Source of the DNA: an uncultured Rhodoluna sp.
GTDB lineage: Bacteria > Actinomycetota > Actinomycetes > Actinomycetales > Microbacteriaceae
DNA length: 64,000 nt
NCBI GenBank assembly: GCA_964539165.1
Contig: CAZIFS010000001.1
Location: 65,899-129,898, forward strand
Direction of reading: 5' to 3'
This document shows positions 17,883 through 27,285 of the stretch, piece after piece. The translations under genes and the position numbers were made by a program. Positions within the stretch are counted from its first letter, which is position 1. Every line of letters starts with the position of its first letter. Under the pieces are notes generated by a model, which did not search any database, was not told the origin of the DNA, and saw nothing but the letters and a program-made list of their open reading frames with translations.

Positions 17883-19481
17883 TTAGCTGAGTGCAATCAG
17901 CTCGGCGTAACCATCGTTCCAGTGGTCTTCATCGCCATCGGGCAAAATTAGAACTCGTTCAGGGTTTAGCGCCTGCACTGCCCCAACATCGTGAGATACC
18001 AACACCACGGCACCGGTGAAAGTGCTTAGGGCCCGAAGGATCTCTTCACGGCTAGCTGGGTCAAGGTTGTTGGTTGGTTCGTCTAGAAGTAGAACGTTCG
18101 CCGATGAAACAACCAACGATGCCAATGCCAGACGAGTTTTCTCGCCACCACTGAGAACGCCAGCCGGCTTATTTACGTCATCACCGGTAAACAGGAATGA
18201 GCCCAAAACCTTCCGAGCATCGGTGTCTGCAAGCTGTGGCGCAGCTGCCTGCATGTTTTGTAGAACGGTCTTTTTTACATCCAGGGTTTCGTGTTCTTGA
18301 GCGAAATAACCAATTTTTAACCCGTGACCAGGCTCGATCTGACCGGTATCTGGCTTATCTAGACCAGCCAGCATTCTTAGCATCGTGGTCTTACCGGCAC
18401 CGTTTAGGCCGATGATCACTACCTTTGAACCCTTGTCGATGGCAAGATCAACGGCGGTGAAAATCTCAAGTGAGCCATAGCTCTTACTGAGGTTTTTTGC
18501 CATTAGCGGAGTACGTCCACATGGAGCAGGATCAGGAAACTTGATCTTCGCGACTCGGTCAACTTCACGCACTTCTTCGAGCCCGCTAAGTAGTTTCTCA
18601 GCGCGTCTGACCATCTGGTGCGCAGCCGCAGCCTTGCTCGCCTTTGCACCAAATTTTGCAGCTTGAATCTGGAGCGTGTTCGCCTTTTTCTCGGCAATGG
18701 CACGGTCACGCTTGCGGCGTTCTTCGTCAGTTTCACGCTGCTTTTGATATGCGCGCCAACCCATGTTGTAGACGTCGATGACGGTTCGGATCGCGTCTAG
18801 ATAGAAAACACGGTTTACCGTCTCTTCAACCAGGTCAACATCGTGACTAATCACGATTAGTCCGCCCTGATAACCCTTTAGAAAATCACGTAGCCAAACC
18901 ACAGAATCAGCATCCAAGTGGTTAGTCGGCTCGTCGAGAATCATCGTTTCGGCATTCGAAAACAAAATGCGGGCCAATTCGATTCGACGTCGCTGACCAC
19001 CAGAAAGAGTCTTGAGCGGTTGATCAAGGATGTGGTCTTTGAGATTCAAATTGCTAGCGATGGCAGCTGCTTCTGCCTCAGCGGCATAGCCTCCAGCCGA
19101 CTGAAAAGCCTCTTCTAGGGTTGAGTAACGCGCCATAGCAGCGTCATAAACATTCTCGTCGATGCTGCCCATGTCGAGAGTTGCCTGCTGCATTTGTTCA
19201 AGCAGATCGCCGAGACCTCGGGCATTGAGAATTCTGGTTCGGGCAAGCTCTTCTGGGTCTCCGGTGCGCGGATCCTGCGGAAGGTAGCCGATCTCTCCCC
19301 CGCGCTCGACCTTGCCGTGCGATGGCTGGCCGTCGCCTGCCAGAATCTTGGTCAGAGTCGTTTTGCCGGCACCGTTACGGCCAACCAAACCAACTTTGTC
19401 ACCTTTGTCGACTCGAAAGTTGACCTCAGACATCAGAACACGTGCGCCAATTCGAATTTCTAGGTCGCGCACGCTAATCAT
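17883..19481 (-). CDS. ABC-F family ATPase (ribosome-associated)
   Basis: Two ABC domains (GRNGAGKT/LSGGQ/DEPTNHLD; GLNGAGKT/LSGGE/DEPTNNLD), helical linker, no TM. Confidence 0.93.
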   Translation of the reverse strand: MISVRDLEIRIGARVLMSEVNFRVDKGDKVGLVGRNGAGKTTLTKILAGDGQPSHGKVERGGEIGYLPQDPRTGDPEELARTRILNARGLGDLLEQMQQATLDMGSIDENVYDAAMARYSTLEEAFQSAGGYAAEAEAAAIASNLNLKDHILDQPLKTLSGGQRRRIELARILFSNAETMILDEPTNHLDADSVVWLRDFLKGYQGGLIVISHDVDLVEETVNRVFYLDAIRTVIDVYNMGWRAYQKQRETDEERRKRDRAIAEKKANTLQIQAAKFGAKASKAAAAHQMVRRAEKLLSGLEEVREVDRVAKIKFPDPAPCGRTPLMAKNLSKSYGSLEIFTAVDLAIDKGSKVVIIGLNGAGKTTMLRMLAGLDKPDTGQIEPGHGLKIGYFAQEHETLDVKKTVLQNMQAAAPQLADTDARKVLGSFLFTGDDVNKPAGVLSGGEKTRLALASLVVSSANVLLLDEPTNNLDPASREEILRALSTFTGAVVLVSHDVGAVQALNPERVLILPDGDEDHWNDGYAELIALS

Positions 19482-19578
19482 TCAAAACTCCAAAAAATCG
19501 ATGTGGAACACTGGCACTCAGATGGCAACCCACAAAAGCCCTAGTCTAGCGCCCGTGAGCGTGTGCGTTCTGAATGCT

Positions 19579-19612
19579 AAAGCCCTCAACCGGTTGGTCG
19601 AGGGCTTCTTTT
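19579..19612 (-). terminator. Probable terminator hairpin of the suf operon
   Basis: On the minus strand AAGCCCTCGACC-aacc-GGTTGAGGGCTTT immediately after the sufT stop; short U tract. Confidence 0.6.
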
Positions 19613-19614
19613 AG

Positions 19615-19944
19615 CTAAATTGAGAATCCGATTGCTCGCATCTGCTCGCGACCGTCTTCGGTAATCTTCTCAGGACCCCAAGGTGGCATCCAAACCCAGT
19701 TGATTCGAAACGCGTCAACGACGCCATCCAAGCATTCTGCGGTTTGCTCTTCAAGCACATCAGTTAGAGGGCAGCCTGCTGAGGTGAGTGTCATGTTGAT
19801 CAGCAGGTTGCCGTCTTCTGACTTCTGCAGGCCGTAAATAAGACCAAGGTCAACGATGTTCACGCCAATTTCTGGGTCGATAACATCTTTCAAAGCTTCG
19901 ATGACTGCGTCATAAAGCTTCGGGTCAAGTTCTGTGGTGGTCAA
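19615..19944 (-). CDS. sufT: DUF59 / SufT Fe-S cluster assembly protein
   Basis: VIDPEIGVNIVDLGLIY, MTLTSAGCP, WMPPW. Confidence 0.9.
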   Translation of the reverse strand: MTTTELDPKLYDAVIEALKDVIDPEIGVNIVDLGLIYGLQKSEDGNLLINMTLTSAGCPLTDVLEEQTAECLDGVVDAFRINWVWMPPWGPEKITEDGREQMRAIGFSI

Positions 19945-19947
19945 AGA

Positions 19948-20700
19948 CTATGCCTTTACGTAACGGTCGTAGCCTTCGGCCTCTAGGCGCTCGGCAAGCT
20001 CTGGACCACCCTGCTCGGCAATCTTGCCGGCAACGAAGACGTGAACGAAATCAGGCTTAATGTAACGCAAAATTCGGGTGTAGTGAGTGATTAGCAATAG
20101 ACCGAAACCATTTGCTTCTTTTGCTCGGTTTACACCCTCAGAAACAATCTTCAGGGCGTCAACGTCTAGGCCTGAGTCGGTCTCATCGAGAACAGCAAAC
20201 TGAGGCTTCAATAGGTCTAGCTGAAGAATCTCGTGACGCTTCTTCTCGCCTCCAGAGAAACCTTCGTTTACGTTGCGCTCGGTAAATGACGAGTCCATCT
20301 TCAATGAATCCATGGCGCTACGAACGTCTTTGATCCAGGTGCGTAGAGCCGGAGCCTCGCCTGCAACAGCGGTCTTTGCCGTGCGCAAGAAGTTTGAAAC
20401 TGAAACACCAGGAATCTCAACCGGGTATTGCATAGCCAAGAAGAGCCCTGCGCGAGCTCGTTCGTCAACGCTCATTTCGAGCACATCGGCACCATCTAGC
20501 AGAATTTCACCCTCGGTCACGGTGTACTTTGGGTGGCCGGCAATTGTGTAGGCCAGAGTCGATTTGCCTGAACCATTAGGGCCCATGATCGCGTGTGATT
20601 CGCCACTACGAATAACTAGGTCGACACCCTTCAGGATCTCTTTTGTGCCCTGTTCGGTTTCAACGGTTACGTGCAGGTTTTTGATTTCAAGAACTGACAA
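19948..20700 (-). CDS. sufC: Fe-S cluster assembly ATPase
   Basis: MGPNGSGKST, FLAMQYPVEIPGV, FSGGEKKR, DETDSGLDVDAL. Confidence 0.97.
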   Translation of the reverse strand: MSVLEIKNLHVTVETEQGTKEILKGVDLVIRSGESHAIMGPNGSGKSTLAYTIAGHPKYTVTEGEILLDGADVLEMSVDERARAGLFLAMQYPVEIPGVSVSNFLRTAKTAVAGEAPALRTWIKDVRSAMDSLKMDSSFTERNVNEGFSGGEKKRHEILQLDLLKPQFAVLDETDSGLDVDALKIVSEGVNRAKEANGFGLLLITHYTRILRYIKPDFVHVFVAGKIAEQGGPELAERLEAEGYDRYVKA

Positions 20701-20750
20701 TTTTGTCTCTCTTATTCTTCTAAATTCGGTTGATAGTCAGCGGAGGCTGA

Positions 20751-21068
20751 TTATTCTGAGTCGATTTCAAGGAAGATCTCATCGTTTTCGATGAGCACCT
20801 CGTAGGTGGCAACTGGTTCATAAGCCGGAAGGGTTAGCGCCTCGCCGGTCTCAAGTGAGAATTTGGCACCGTGGGCCCAGCACTCAATGGTGTTGTCTTT
20901 GCCAACGAAACCCTCGCTTAGCGAAATCTCGCCGTGGGAGCACTTGTCGTCAATCGCATATACATCGCCAGCTTTGGTTTTCACGATGGCAATAGCAAGT
21001 TCGCCAACTTTCACACGGATGGCCTTGCCGGCCTTAATGTCATCGACAGTACAAATTCGAATGGCCAT
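20751..21068 (-). CDS. Rieske-type [2Fe-2S] ferredoxin of the suf operon
   Basis: CSH...CWAHG Rieske ligands. Confidence 0.92.
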   Translation of the reverse strand: MAIRICTVDDIKAGKAIRVKVGELAIAIVKTKAGDVYAIDDKCSHGEISLSEGFVGKDNTIECWAHGAKFSLETGEALTLPAYEPVATYEVLIENDEIFLEIDSE

Positions 21069-22252
21069 TATGAGTCGCTCCTTGCTAGTTCTGCCTCGAT
21101 TGCATCGGTTAGTCGGGCTTCGATTTCTTCGTTTCCAATTTGTTGAATGATCTCGTTCAAGAAGCCGCGCACGACTAGTCGTCTTGCTTCAGCCTCAGGA
21201 ATGCCACGAGCCTGTAAGTAGAACAATTGCTCATCGTCAAAGCGGCCAGAAGCACTCGCGTGACCTGCGCCGGCGATTTGACCGGTTTCAATTTCGAGGT
21301 TTGGAACCGAGTCGGCACGAGCGCCCTCGGTTAGTAATAGGTTTCGGTTTAGCTCGTAAGTGTCGGTACCCTCGGCTGCCATGCGGATAAGAACATCGCC
21401 AACCCAAACGGTGTGTGCCTGTTCACCCTGTAGAGCACCCTTGTATGTCACTCGAGACTTGCAGTTTGCAACTGCATGGTCAACAAATAGTCGGTTTTCG
21501 AGGTGCTGACCGGAATCTGCGAAGTACATACCGAGTAGCTCAACCTCAGCTCCTGGTGCAGTGAACTCGGCCGAAGTCGATACACGAACAGTTTCGCCGC
21601 CAAGGCTAACCACCAGGTGTTTCAGCTTGGCGTTGCGACCAAGCTTGGCCAACTGAGTTGAAGCGTGAACAGCCTCTTCGTTCCAGTCTTGGATCGAAAT
21701 TAGGGTCAACTCTGCTTCATCGCCGACAATAATCTCTACGTTTTCGCCAAGAATTGCGTCACCCTTGTGGTCGAGAATTACACTCGCCTTTGAAAACGGC
21801 TTGGCTTCAATAATTAGGTGAAGCGCGCTCGGTTCGGTTGACTCAGAAGTGAGAGCAATGTGAACCTCTGATGACTGCTCGGCCGGAAGAGTGATCAGGT
21901 AGGCCTGCTCTGCAGAACCCCAAGCGGCAGCGCTTGGGCGCTCCTCAGGGGTTCCTGCTGCGCCAAAAGCTGGGTGGTCAGAACCTACCCAAGCGGTAGT
22001 GACGCCATCACTGTGCTTGACCTCTAAGTCACCAACGAATTCACTTAGAGAATCTGCGTCAAGACCCTTTAGGCGTGCGGCCGGAAGGTAGCGCCACTGC
22101 TCCTCGCGAGGAGTAACCGGAGGAAAATCAGCAACATTAGTCGAACGCATGCGTTCGTTGCGAGTTTGAATTGGCACTCCGGCGCCGTGGCTGTGAGCCT
22201 GAAGGCCGTGTTGAACTGCGCCGTCTTTGACGGCTTCGGTTGCGGTTGTCAC
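21068..22252 (-). CDS. sufD: Fe-S cluster assembly protein SufD
   Basis: REEQWRY, PNLEIE, AGHAS, LFYLQARGI; directly after sufB. Confidence 0.95.
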   Translation of the reverse strand: MTTATEAVKDGAVQHGLQAHSHGAGVPIQTRNERMRSTNVADFPPVTPREEQWRYLPAARLKGLDADSLSEFVGDLEVKHSDGVTTAWVGSDHPAFGAAGTPEERPSAAAWGSAEQAYLITLPAEQSSEVHIALTSESTEPSALHLIIEAKPFSKASVILDHKGDAILGENVEIIVGDEAELTLISIQDWNEEAVHASTQLAKLGRNAKLKHLVVSLGGETVRVSTSAEFTAPGAEVELLGMYFADSGQHLENRLFVDHAVANCKSRVTYKGALQGEQAHTVWVGDVLIRMAAEGTDTYELNRNLLLTEGARADSVPNLEIETGQIAGAGHASASGRFDDEQLFYLQARGIPEAEARRLVVRGFLNEIIQQIGNEEIEARLTDAIEAELARSDS

Positions 22253-23670
22253 TAGCCGACAGCCCCTTCCATCTGCATCTCGATTAGCTTGTTAAGTTCG
22301 AGTGCGTATTCCATTGGTAGTTCTTTGGCGATTGGCTCGATAAAACCACGAACAATCATCGCCATAGCTTCGTCTTCAGGCATTCCACGAGACATCAAGT
22401 AGAACAACTGCTCTTCGCTTACGCGCGAAACAGTTGCCTCGTGACCCATTGAGACATCGTCTTCACGAACATCAACAGCCGGGTAGGTGTCAGAGCGAGA
22501 GATAGTGTCAACCAATAGGGCGTCGCAGCGAACAGTGTTTGCCGAGTGGTGTGCACCAGGCATGACGCGAATTTCACCGCGGTATGAGGTTCGGCCACCG
22601 CCTCTGGCGATCGACTTTGAAACAATCGACGATGAAGTGTGAGGTGCAAGGTGAATCATCTTTGCGCCAGCATCCTGGTGCTGACCCTCGCCAGCGAAGG
22701 CGACCGAAAGGGTCTCGCCACGGGCATATTCGCCGGCCAAGATAACGGCCGGGTACTTCATGGTTACTTTCGACCCAATGTTTCCGTCGATCCATTCCAT
22801 GGTTGCGCCCTCGTGGCAGATTGCACGCTTGGTTACCAAGTTGTAGACGTTGTTTGACCAGTTTTGGATGGTGGTGTAGCGAACACGGGCACCCTTTTTG
22901 ACAATGATCTCAACCACGGCTGAGTGCAATGAGTCTGACTGGTAGATAGGTGCGGTACAGCCTTCGATGTAGTGCACGTATGAATCTTCGTCGGCAATAA
23001 TCAGGGTGCGCTCGAACTGCCCCATGTTTTCAGTGTTGATTCTGAAGTAAGCCTGAAGTGGAATTTCAACGTGAACGCCCTTAGGAACGTATACGAATGA
23101 ACCGCCTGACCAAACTGAGGTGTTCAAGGCAGCGAACTTGTTGTCTCCTGCTGGAATAACGGTTCCGAAGTACTCTTGGAAGATTTCTGGGTGCTCTTTT
23201 AAAGCGGTGTCGGTGTCAAGGAAGATGACTCCCTGAGCCTCAAGGTCTTCGCGAATCTGGTGATAAACCACCTCAGATTCGTACTGTGCGGCTACGCCGG
23301 CAACCAGACGGCTGCGCTCGGCCTCAGGAATACCCAATTTTTCATAGGTGTTTCTGATGTCCTCAGGAAGCTCTTCCCAGGTGGTTGCTTGGCGTTCAGT
23401 TGAACGAACGAAGTATTTGATGTTGTCAAAATCGATGCCTGAAAGGTCAGCACCCCAGCTTGGCATTGGCTTCTTGCCAAAGAATTCATAGCCCTTTAGG
23501 CGACGCTCTAGCATCCAGGCGGGCTCGCTCTTGAGACCCGAAATGTCGCGAACGACTTCTTCGCTGATGCCTCTGCGAGCAGTTGCTCCTGCGGTGTCTT
23601 TGTCAGACCAACCGAACTCGTAGACGCCAAGGCTATCTAGTTCGGGGCGGTCAATGATGATGTCGGACAA
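22252..23670 (-). CDS. sufB: Fe-S cluster assembly protein SufB (no intein)
   Basis: [36 protein letters not shown]; TTG start with SD AGGGAGG. Confidence 0.97.
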   Translation of the reverse strand: MSDIIIDRPELDSLGVYEFGWSDKDTAGATARRGISEEVVRDISGLKSEPAWMLERRLKGYEFFGKKPMPSWGADLSGIDFDNIKYFVRSTERQATTWEELPEDIRNTYEKLGIPEAERSRLVAGVAAQYESEVVYHQIREDLEAQGVIFLDTDTALKEHPEIFQEYFGTVIPAGDNKFAALNTSVWSGGSFVYVPKGVHVEIPLQAYFRINTENMGQFERTLIIADEDSYVHYIEGCTAPIYQSDSLHSAVVEIIVKKGARVRYTTIQNWSNNVYNLVTKRAICHEGATMEWIDGNIGSKVTMKYPAVILAGEYARGETLSVAFAGEGQHQDAGAKMIHLAPHTSSSIVSKSIARGGGRTSYRGEIRVMPGAHHSANTVRCDALLVDTISRSDTYPAVDVREDDVSMGHEATVSRVSEEQLFYLMSRGMPEDEAMAMIVRGFIEPIAKELPMEYALELNKLIEMQMEGAVG

Positions 23671-23862
23671 GCCGGCCTCCCTTATTTTGCTTCGGAGTCG
23701 AGTGGTTATCTCGGTCCGTCAAATTCTTGAGTGTCAACCTCTAATTCACATGCATCTATTCCCCACGGCGGCAATGAATGCCTGTGCGAAGATTGATTCA
23801 GGAAAGTTCTCAAGATTGCCTCATCGCAATCGAGAAATGGTTGAAACTATCCACAAGTTTAC
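23671..23862 (-). promoter_or_regulatory. Candidate structured 5' leader of the suf operon
   Basis: TAAACT -10-like hexamer (23857-23862) about 185 nt upstream of sufB; several nested and alternative inverted repeats (see findings). Confidence 0.45.
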
Positions 23863-23916
23863 TTTGAAGGCTCTCAATAAGAAAGCCCAAAGCGGCACTG
23901 AAAGGCACTATTACCT

Positions 23917-24843
23917 GTGATTACGAAGTTGCGCTCAGTTCTTGCGAATTCGCCTCTGTTCTCTGCTGCTCGAATTCCACTTTATGTCTGGGCCTCACTG
24001 GTTTCACAGATCTTGATCGTGGTCACCGGCGGTGTCGTACGACTTACTGGCTCAGGCCTGGGCTGCCCTACTTGGCCAAAATGCACGGATGAATCACTGG
24101 TAAACGTGCCAGAGATGGGAATCCACGGCGTTATTGAGTTCGCCAATCGCCTTTTGACCTTTGTTCTAGCGCTAATTGCGGTTTTGACCTTTGTCACTAT
24201 TGTTCGACTCGGAAAGCAGTACCGAAAAGGTCTATTGATTCCTGCCCTAATCCTTGGACTTGGAATTCCTGCTCAAGCCGTACTCGGTGGTTTCACCGTT
24301 TTGAGTAAGTTGAACCCTTGGTTCGTAGGCGCGCACTTTGTTCTAAGTGGCTACATGATTGCTATGGCAGCACTGTTGTTCTTTCGCGCGCTACCGCCTG
24401 AGCATTCACCGGTCAGCCGTGGAACCTGGTTGACAGCCACGCCTATTGCAGTTGTTGGTGCAATAACCGTGTTGGTAGGTGTTCTTGTAACTGGTGCCGG
24501 CCCTCATTCTGGAGATGCCGAGAGCATCCGAAATGGACTCGATCTAGGGCTATGGCAGCATCTACATAGCTACCCTGCATACCTAATGTTGGTGTTGATA
24601 GTGATTCAGGTCTGGTTACTTTACCGCCGTGATCGAGGTGCTTCGAAAGCCAGTTACCAAACCAAGGTGAGTGGCCTGCTGCTAAGCATCTCAATTGCCC
24701 AGGCTGTGATTGGAGTAGTTCAAGCTCGTCTGGGAGTGCCTCCACTGTTAGTTGCCCTGCACATGCTGGGGGCCGCCACACTGTGCGCACTTCTGACACT
24801 TCAGTGGCTCGCTATCCGTGGCAAGACTGCCACCGCACTCTAA
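23917..24843 (+). CDS. ctaA: Heme A synthase (COX15/CtaA)
   Basis: GGVVRLTGSGLGCPTWPKC, IEFANR, GAGPHSGD, conserved His in TM helices. Confidence 0.93.
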   Translation: MITKLRSVLANSPLFSAARIPLYVWASLVSQILIVVTGGVVRLTGSGLGCPTWPKCTDESLVNVPEMGIHGVIEFANRLLTFVLALIAVLTFVTIVRLGKQYRKGLLIPALILGLGIPAQAVLGGFTVLSKLNPWFVGAHFVLSGYMIAMAALLFFRALPPEHSPVSRGTWLTATPIAVVGAITVLVGVLVTGAGPHSGDAESIRNGLDLGLWQHLHSYPAYLMLVLIVIQVWLLYRRDRGASKASYQTKVSGLLLSISIAQAVIGVVQARLGVPPLLVALHMLGAATLCALLTLQWLAIRGKTATAL

Positions 24844-26210
24844 TGGCAAGAGTTTTCTGGTTTAGACGCGACCTACGCCTCGCCGACAACATAGCCCTCA
24901 ACGCTGCCATAGTCGGCTCGAAAGGTGAAGGTGACTCGGTAGTCTGGCCGACTTACGCACTAAACGAAGTCGACTTCGATAAGTTGTCAGGCATTAGGCA
25001 GCATTCCCTGGTTGCTTCGCTTAAATCCTTGGATGAGTCTCTAGAAAACCGACTCACCGTGCTCAGCGGCGATGCCGCTCAATCGCTAACCGCGTTTGCC
25101 TTGAATAAGGGCGCATCGATCGTTCACGCAACTCGAGCATTTGATCCCGCCGGTGTGGCTGAGCAGAACGCGGTTGGGCTTGCACTGAAAGCAAAGGGTG
25201 TCTTCTTGAAGCTAGACGATAGCTACTACGCTGTCGCTCCGGGAAGCGTAAAGAAGCCGGATGCAACGCCATACCGCGTATACACACCGTTCTTCAAAAA
25301 TTGGTTCGATTTCGGTTGGCCGCGTCCTCAGGCGCTCGCCGAAGGTGCATTCTTTATGCGCTGCAACGAATCGCACCAGATGCCAGCGGCCACAAAACAA
25401 GCACCGTTCACCGTCAAAGCTGGCGAACAATATGCCCTGCAGACACTGGCACGCTTCGAAGCACGTGCCCTGAGCGGATACGACGAAAATCGAAATCGCG
25501 CCGACCTATCCGGAACATCTCACCTGTCTCACGCCCTGGCATTTGGTGAGATTCATCCGCGCACGATTCTTGATCGTCTAGGTGATTCGGCTGGCGAAAA
25601 CGTTTTTCGAAAAGAAATTGCTTGGCGAGAGTTCTACGCAGATGTGCTGTGGCACAACCCAACTACTCTGACCGAGTACTACTCCCCAATTTTCTCTGAG
25701 ATGCGCTACGACAGCGGTAACGAGGCAGAAGAGAAATTTGAAGCTTGGAAGGCCGGCAAAACCGGTTTTCCGATGGTCGATGCTGGCATGCGTCAATTGC
25801 TTGAAACTGGTTGGATGCACAATCGAGTTCGAATGATAGTGGCGTCATTTCTGGTTAAAGACCTTCATCTCGAGTGGCAACAGGGAGCCGCGTGGTTCGA
25901 AGAAAACCTTAGTGACTTTGATCCAGCCTCTAATGCGCACGGATGGCAGTGGACTGCTGGTTGCGGCACCGATGCATCACCTTATTACCGAGTGTTTAAT
26001 CCAATTCTTCAGGGTCTCAAATTCGACCCAAATGGAGATTACGTTCGCAAATACATCCCCGAATTGGCACACGTTGACGGGGCTGCGGTGCACGAACCAT
26101 GGTTGTTGATTGATGGTCTGGCCAATGGCTACCCTGCACCAATTTTGGATCATGCCAAAGAGCGTGATGAGTCACTGGCTCGTTTGAAAGAGCTGAAAGC
26201 AGATGCTTAG
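24843..26210 (+). CDS. phrB: Deoxyribodipyrimidine photolyase (CPD type)
   Basis: WFRRDLRLADN, VYTPF, TSHLS, WREFY, GWMHNRVRMIVASFL, NAHGWQW, RVFNP; ATG overlaps the ctaA stop (TAATG). Confidence 0.92.
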   Translation: MARVFWFRRDLRLADNIALNAAIVGSKGEGDSVVWPTYALNEVDFDKLSGIRQHSLVASLKSLDESLENRLTVLSGDAAQSLTAFALNKGASIVHATRAFDPAGVAEQNAVGLALKAKGVFLKLDDSYYAVAPGSVKKPDATPYRVYTPFFKNWFDFGWPRPQALAEGAFFMRCNESHQMPAATKQAPFTVKAGEQYALQTLARFEARALSGYDENRNRADLSGTSHLSHALAFGEIHPRTILDRLGDSAGENVFRKEIAWREFYADVLWHNPTTLTEYYSPIFSEMRYDSGNEAEEKFEAWKAGKTGFPMVDAGMRQLLETGWMHNRVRMIVASFLVKDLHLEWQQGAAWFEENLSDFDPASNAHGWQWTAGCGTDASPYYRVFNPILQGLKFDPNGDYVRKYIPELAHVDGAAVHEPWLLIDGLANGYPAPILDHAKERDESLARLKELKADA

Positions 26211-26213
26211 CTT

Positions 26214-27110
26214 CTAAAAGTGAAGTAGTGGATCTACCGCAATCGCTACGAACAGCAAAGTCAAATACAAGTTTGATAGGTGAAAGAGCGGCATTGGCTT
26301 TGTGATTTCGCCGGCCTTGGCCTGAGCATGAATTTTATAAGCGCCTCTAATGAACCAGGCGCCGCCGCCGATAGCTGCGATGGAATAGATCAAACCCATA
26401 CTGGCTATCGGAATTAAGAGCAGGGTGCAGGCTGCTACCGCCCAGCTATAGAGGACAATCTGAGTTGAGACCACCCGGTCGCCTCTAACTACCGGCAACA
26501 TCGGAACGCCTGCCTTGGCGTAATCCTCGCGATACTTGACGGCAAGCGGCCAGTAGTGTGGCGGTGTCCACAAGAAAATAATCACAAACAGAATCCAGGC
26601 AGTTGGGGTAACTTCGTTGGTTACGGCCGCCCAGCCAATTAAGACCGGTGCCGCGCCAGCTGCTCCACCCCAAACAATGTTTTGTGGCGTGCGTCGCTTG
26701 AGCAACATTGTGTAGACCAAGACATAGAAAAGTAACGCAGCTAGTGAAATTAGCGAAGCTAACCAATTGACCAGAAGGCCAAGCCACAGCACCGAAATCA
26801 AGACCAAAGCGTAAGAAAAAATCAAAGCTTCGCGCTGCGATAGGTCACCGGTTACAAGTGGACGGGACTTGGTGCGCCCCATGATTTTGTCAATGTCAGT
26901 GTCATAAATGCAGTTGAAAGAGTTGGCCGCTCCGGCGCTAAATGCGCCACCAATCAATGTTGCCAACACCACGCCAAGTTCAGGCATCTCTCCCCTGGCC
27001 AAAATCATGGTTGGCAGGGTGGTAATAAGTAGTAGCTCGATAACACGCGGCTTGGTAAGCGCGATAAAGGCCTTGGTTTTTTTCAACATCTCAACTAAGT
27101 CTAAATCCAA
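26214..27110 (-). CDS. ctaB: Protoheme IX farnesyltransferase (heme O synthase)
   Basis: [44 protein letters not shown]; exact start uncertain. Confidence 0.95.
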   Translation of the reverse strand: MDLDLVEMLKKTKAFIALTKPRVIELLLITTLPTMILARGEMPELGVVLATLIGGAFSAGAANSFNCIYDTDIDKIMGRTKSRPLVTGDLSQREALIFSYALVLISVLWLGLLVNWLASLISLAALLFYVLVYTMLLKRRTPQNIVWGGAAGAAPVLIGWAAVTNEVTPTAWILFVIIFLWTPPHYWPLAVKYREDYAKAGVPMLPVVRGDRVVSTQIVLYSWAVAACTLLLIPIASMGLIYSIAAIGGGAWFIRGAYKIHAQAKAGEITKPMPLFHLSNLYLTLLFVAIAVDPLLHF

Positions 27111-27285
27111 GACATACTTCGTAATTCCTCCACGCTCAAAAAGCCTCGGAGTGTAGACTTTCAGAAGAACTCTGCGCTTAGCTCATCCGTGAAAAAAGCA
27201 TTTAGAGAGTCCCCTTTGAGGCAAAGACGCCGGATCAACAAAGTAATTATTCCGTGCATCAAATGAAAAAGATAAGGAGCTGCTC

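Noticed and set aside
22252-23670. Intein in SufB, as in M. tuberculosis
   Set aside because: The protein is 472 aa and continuous, with no splice motifs or endonuclease insert.
23654-23920. 88-aa ORF in the sufB-ctaA spacer as a sufR remnant
   Set aside because: Wrong strand for the suf operon and no HTH or Cys pattern of SufR.
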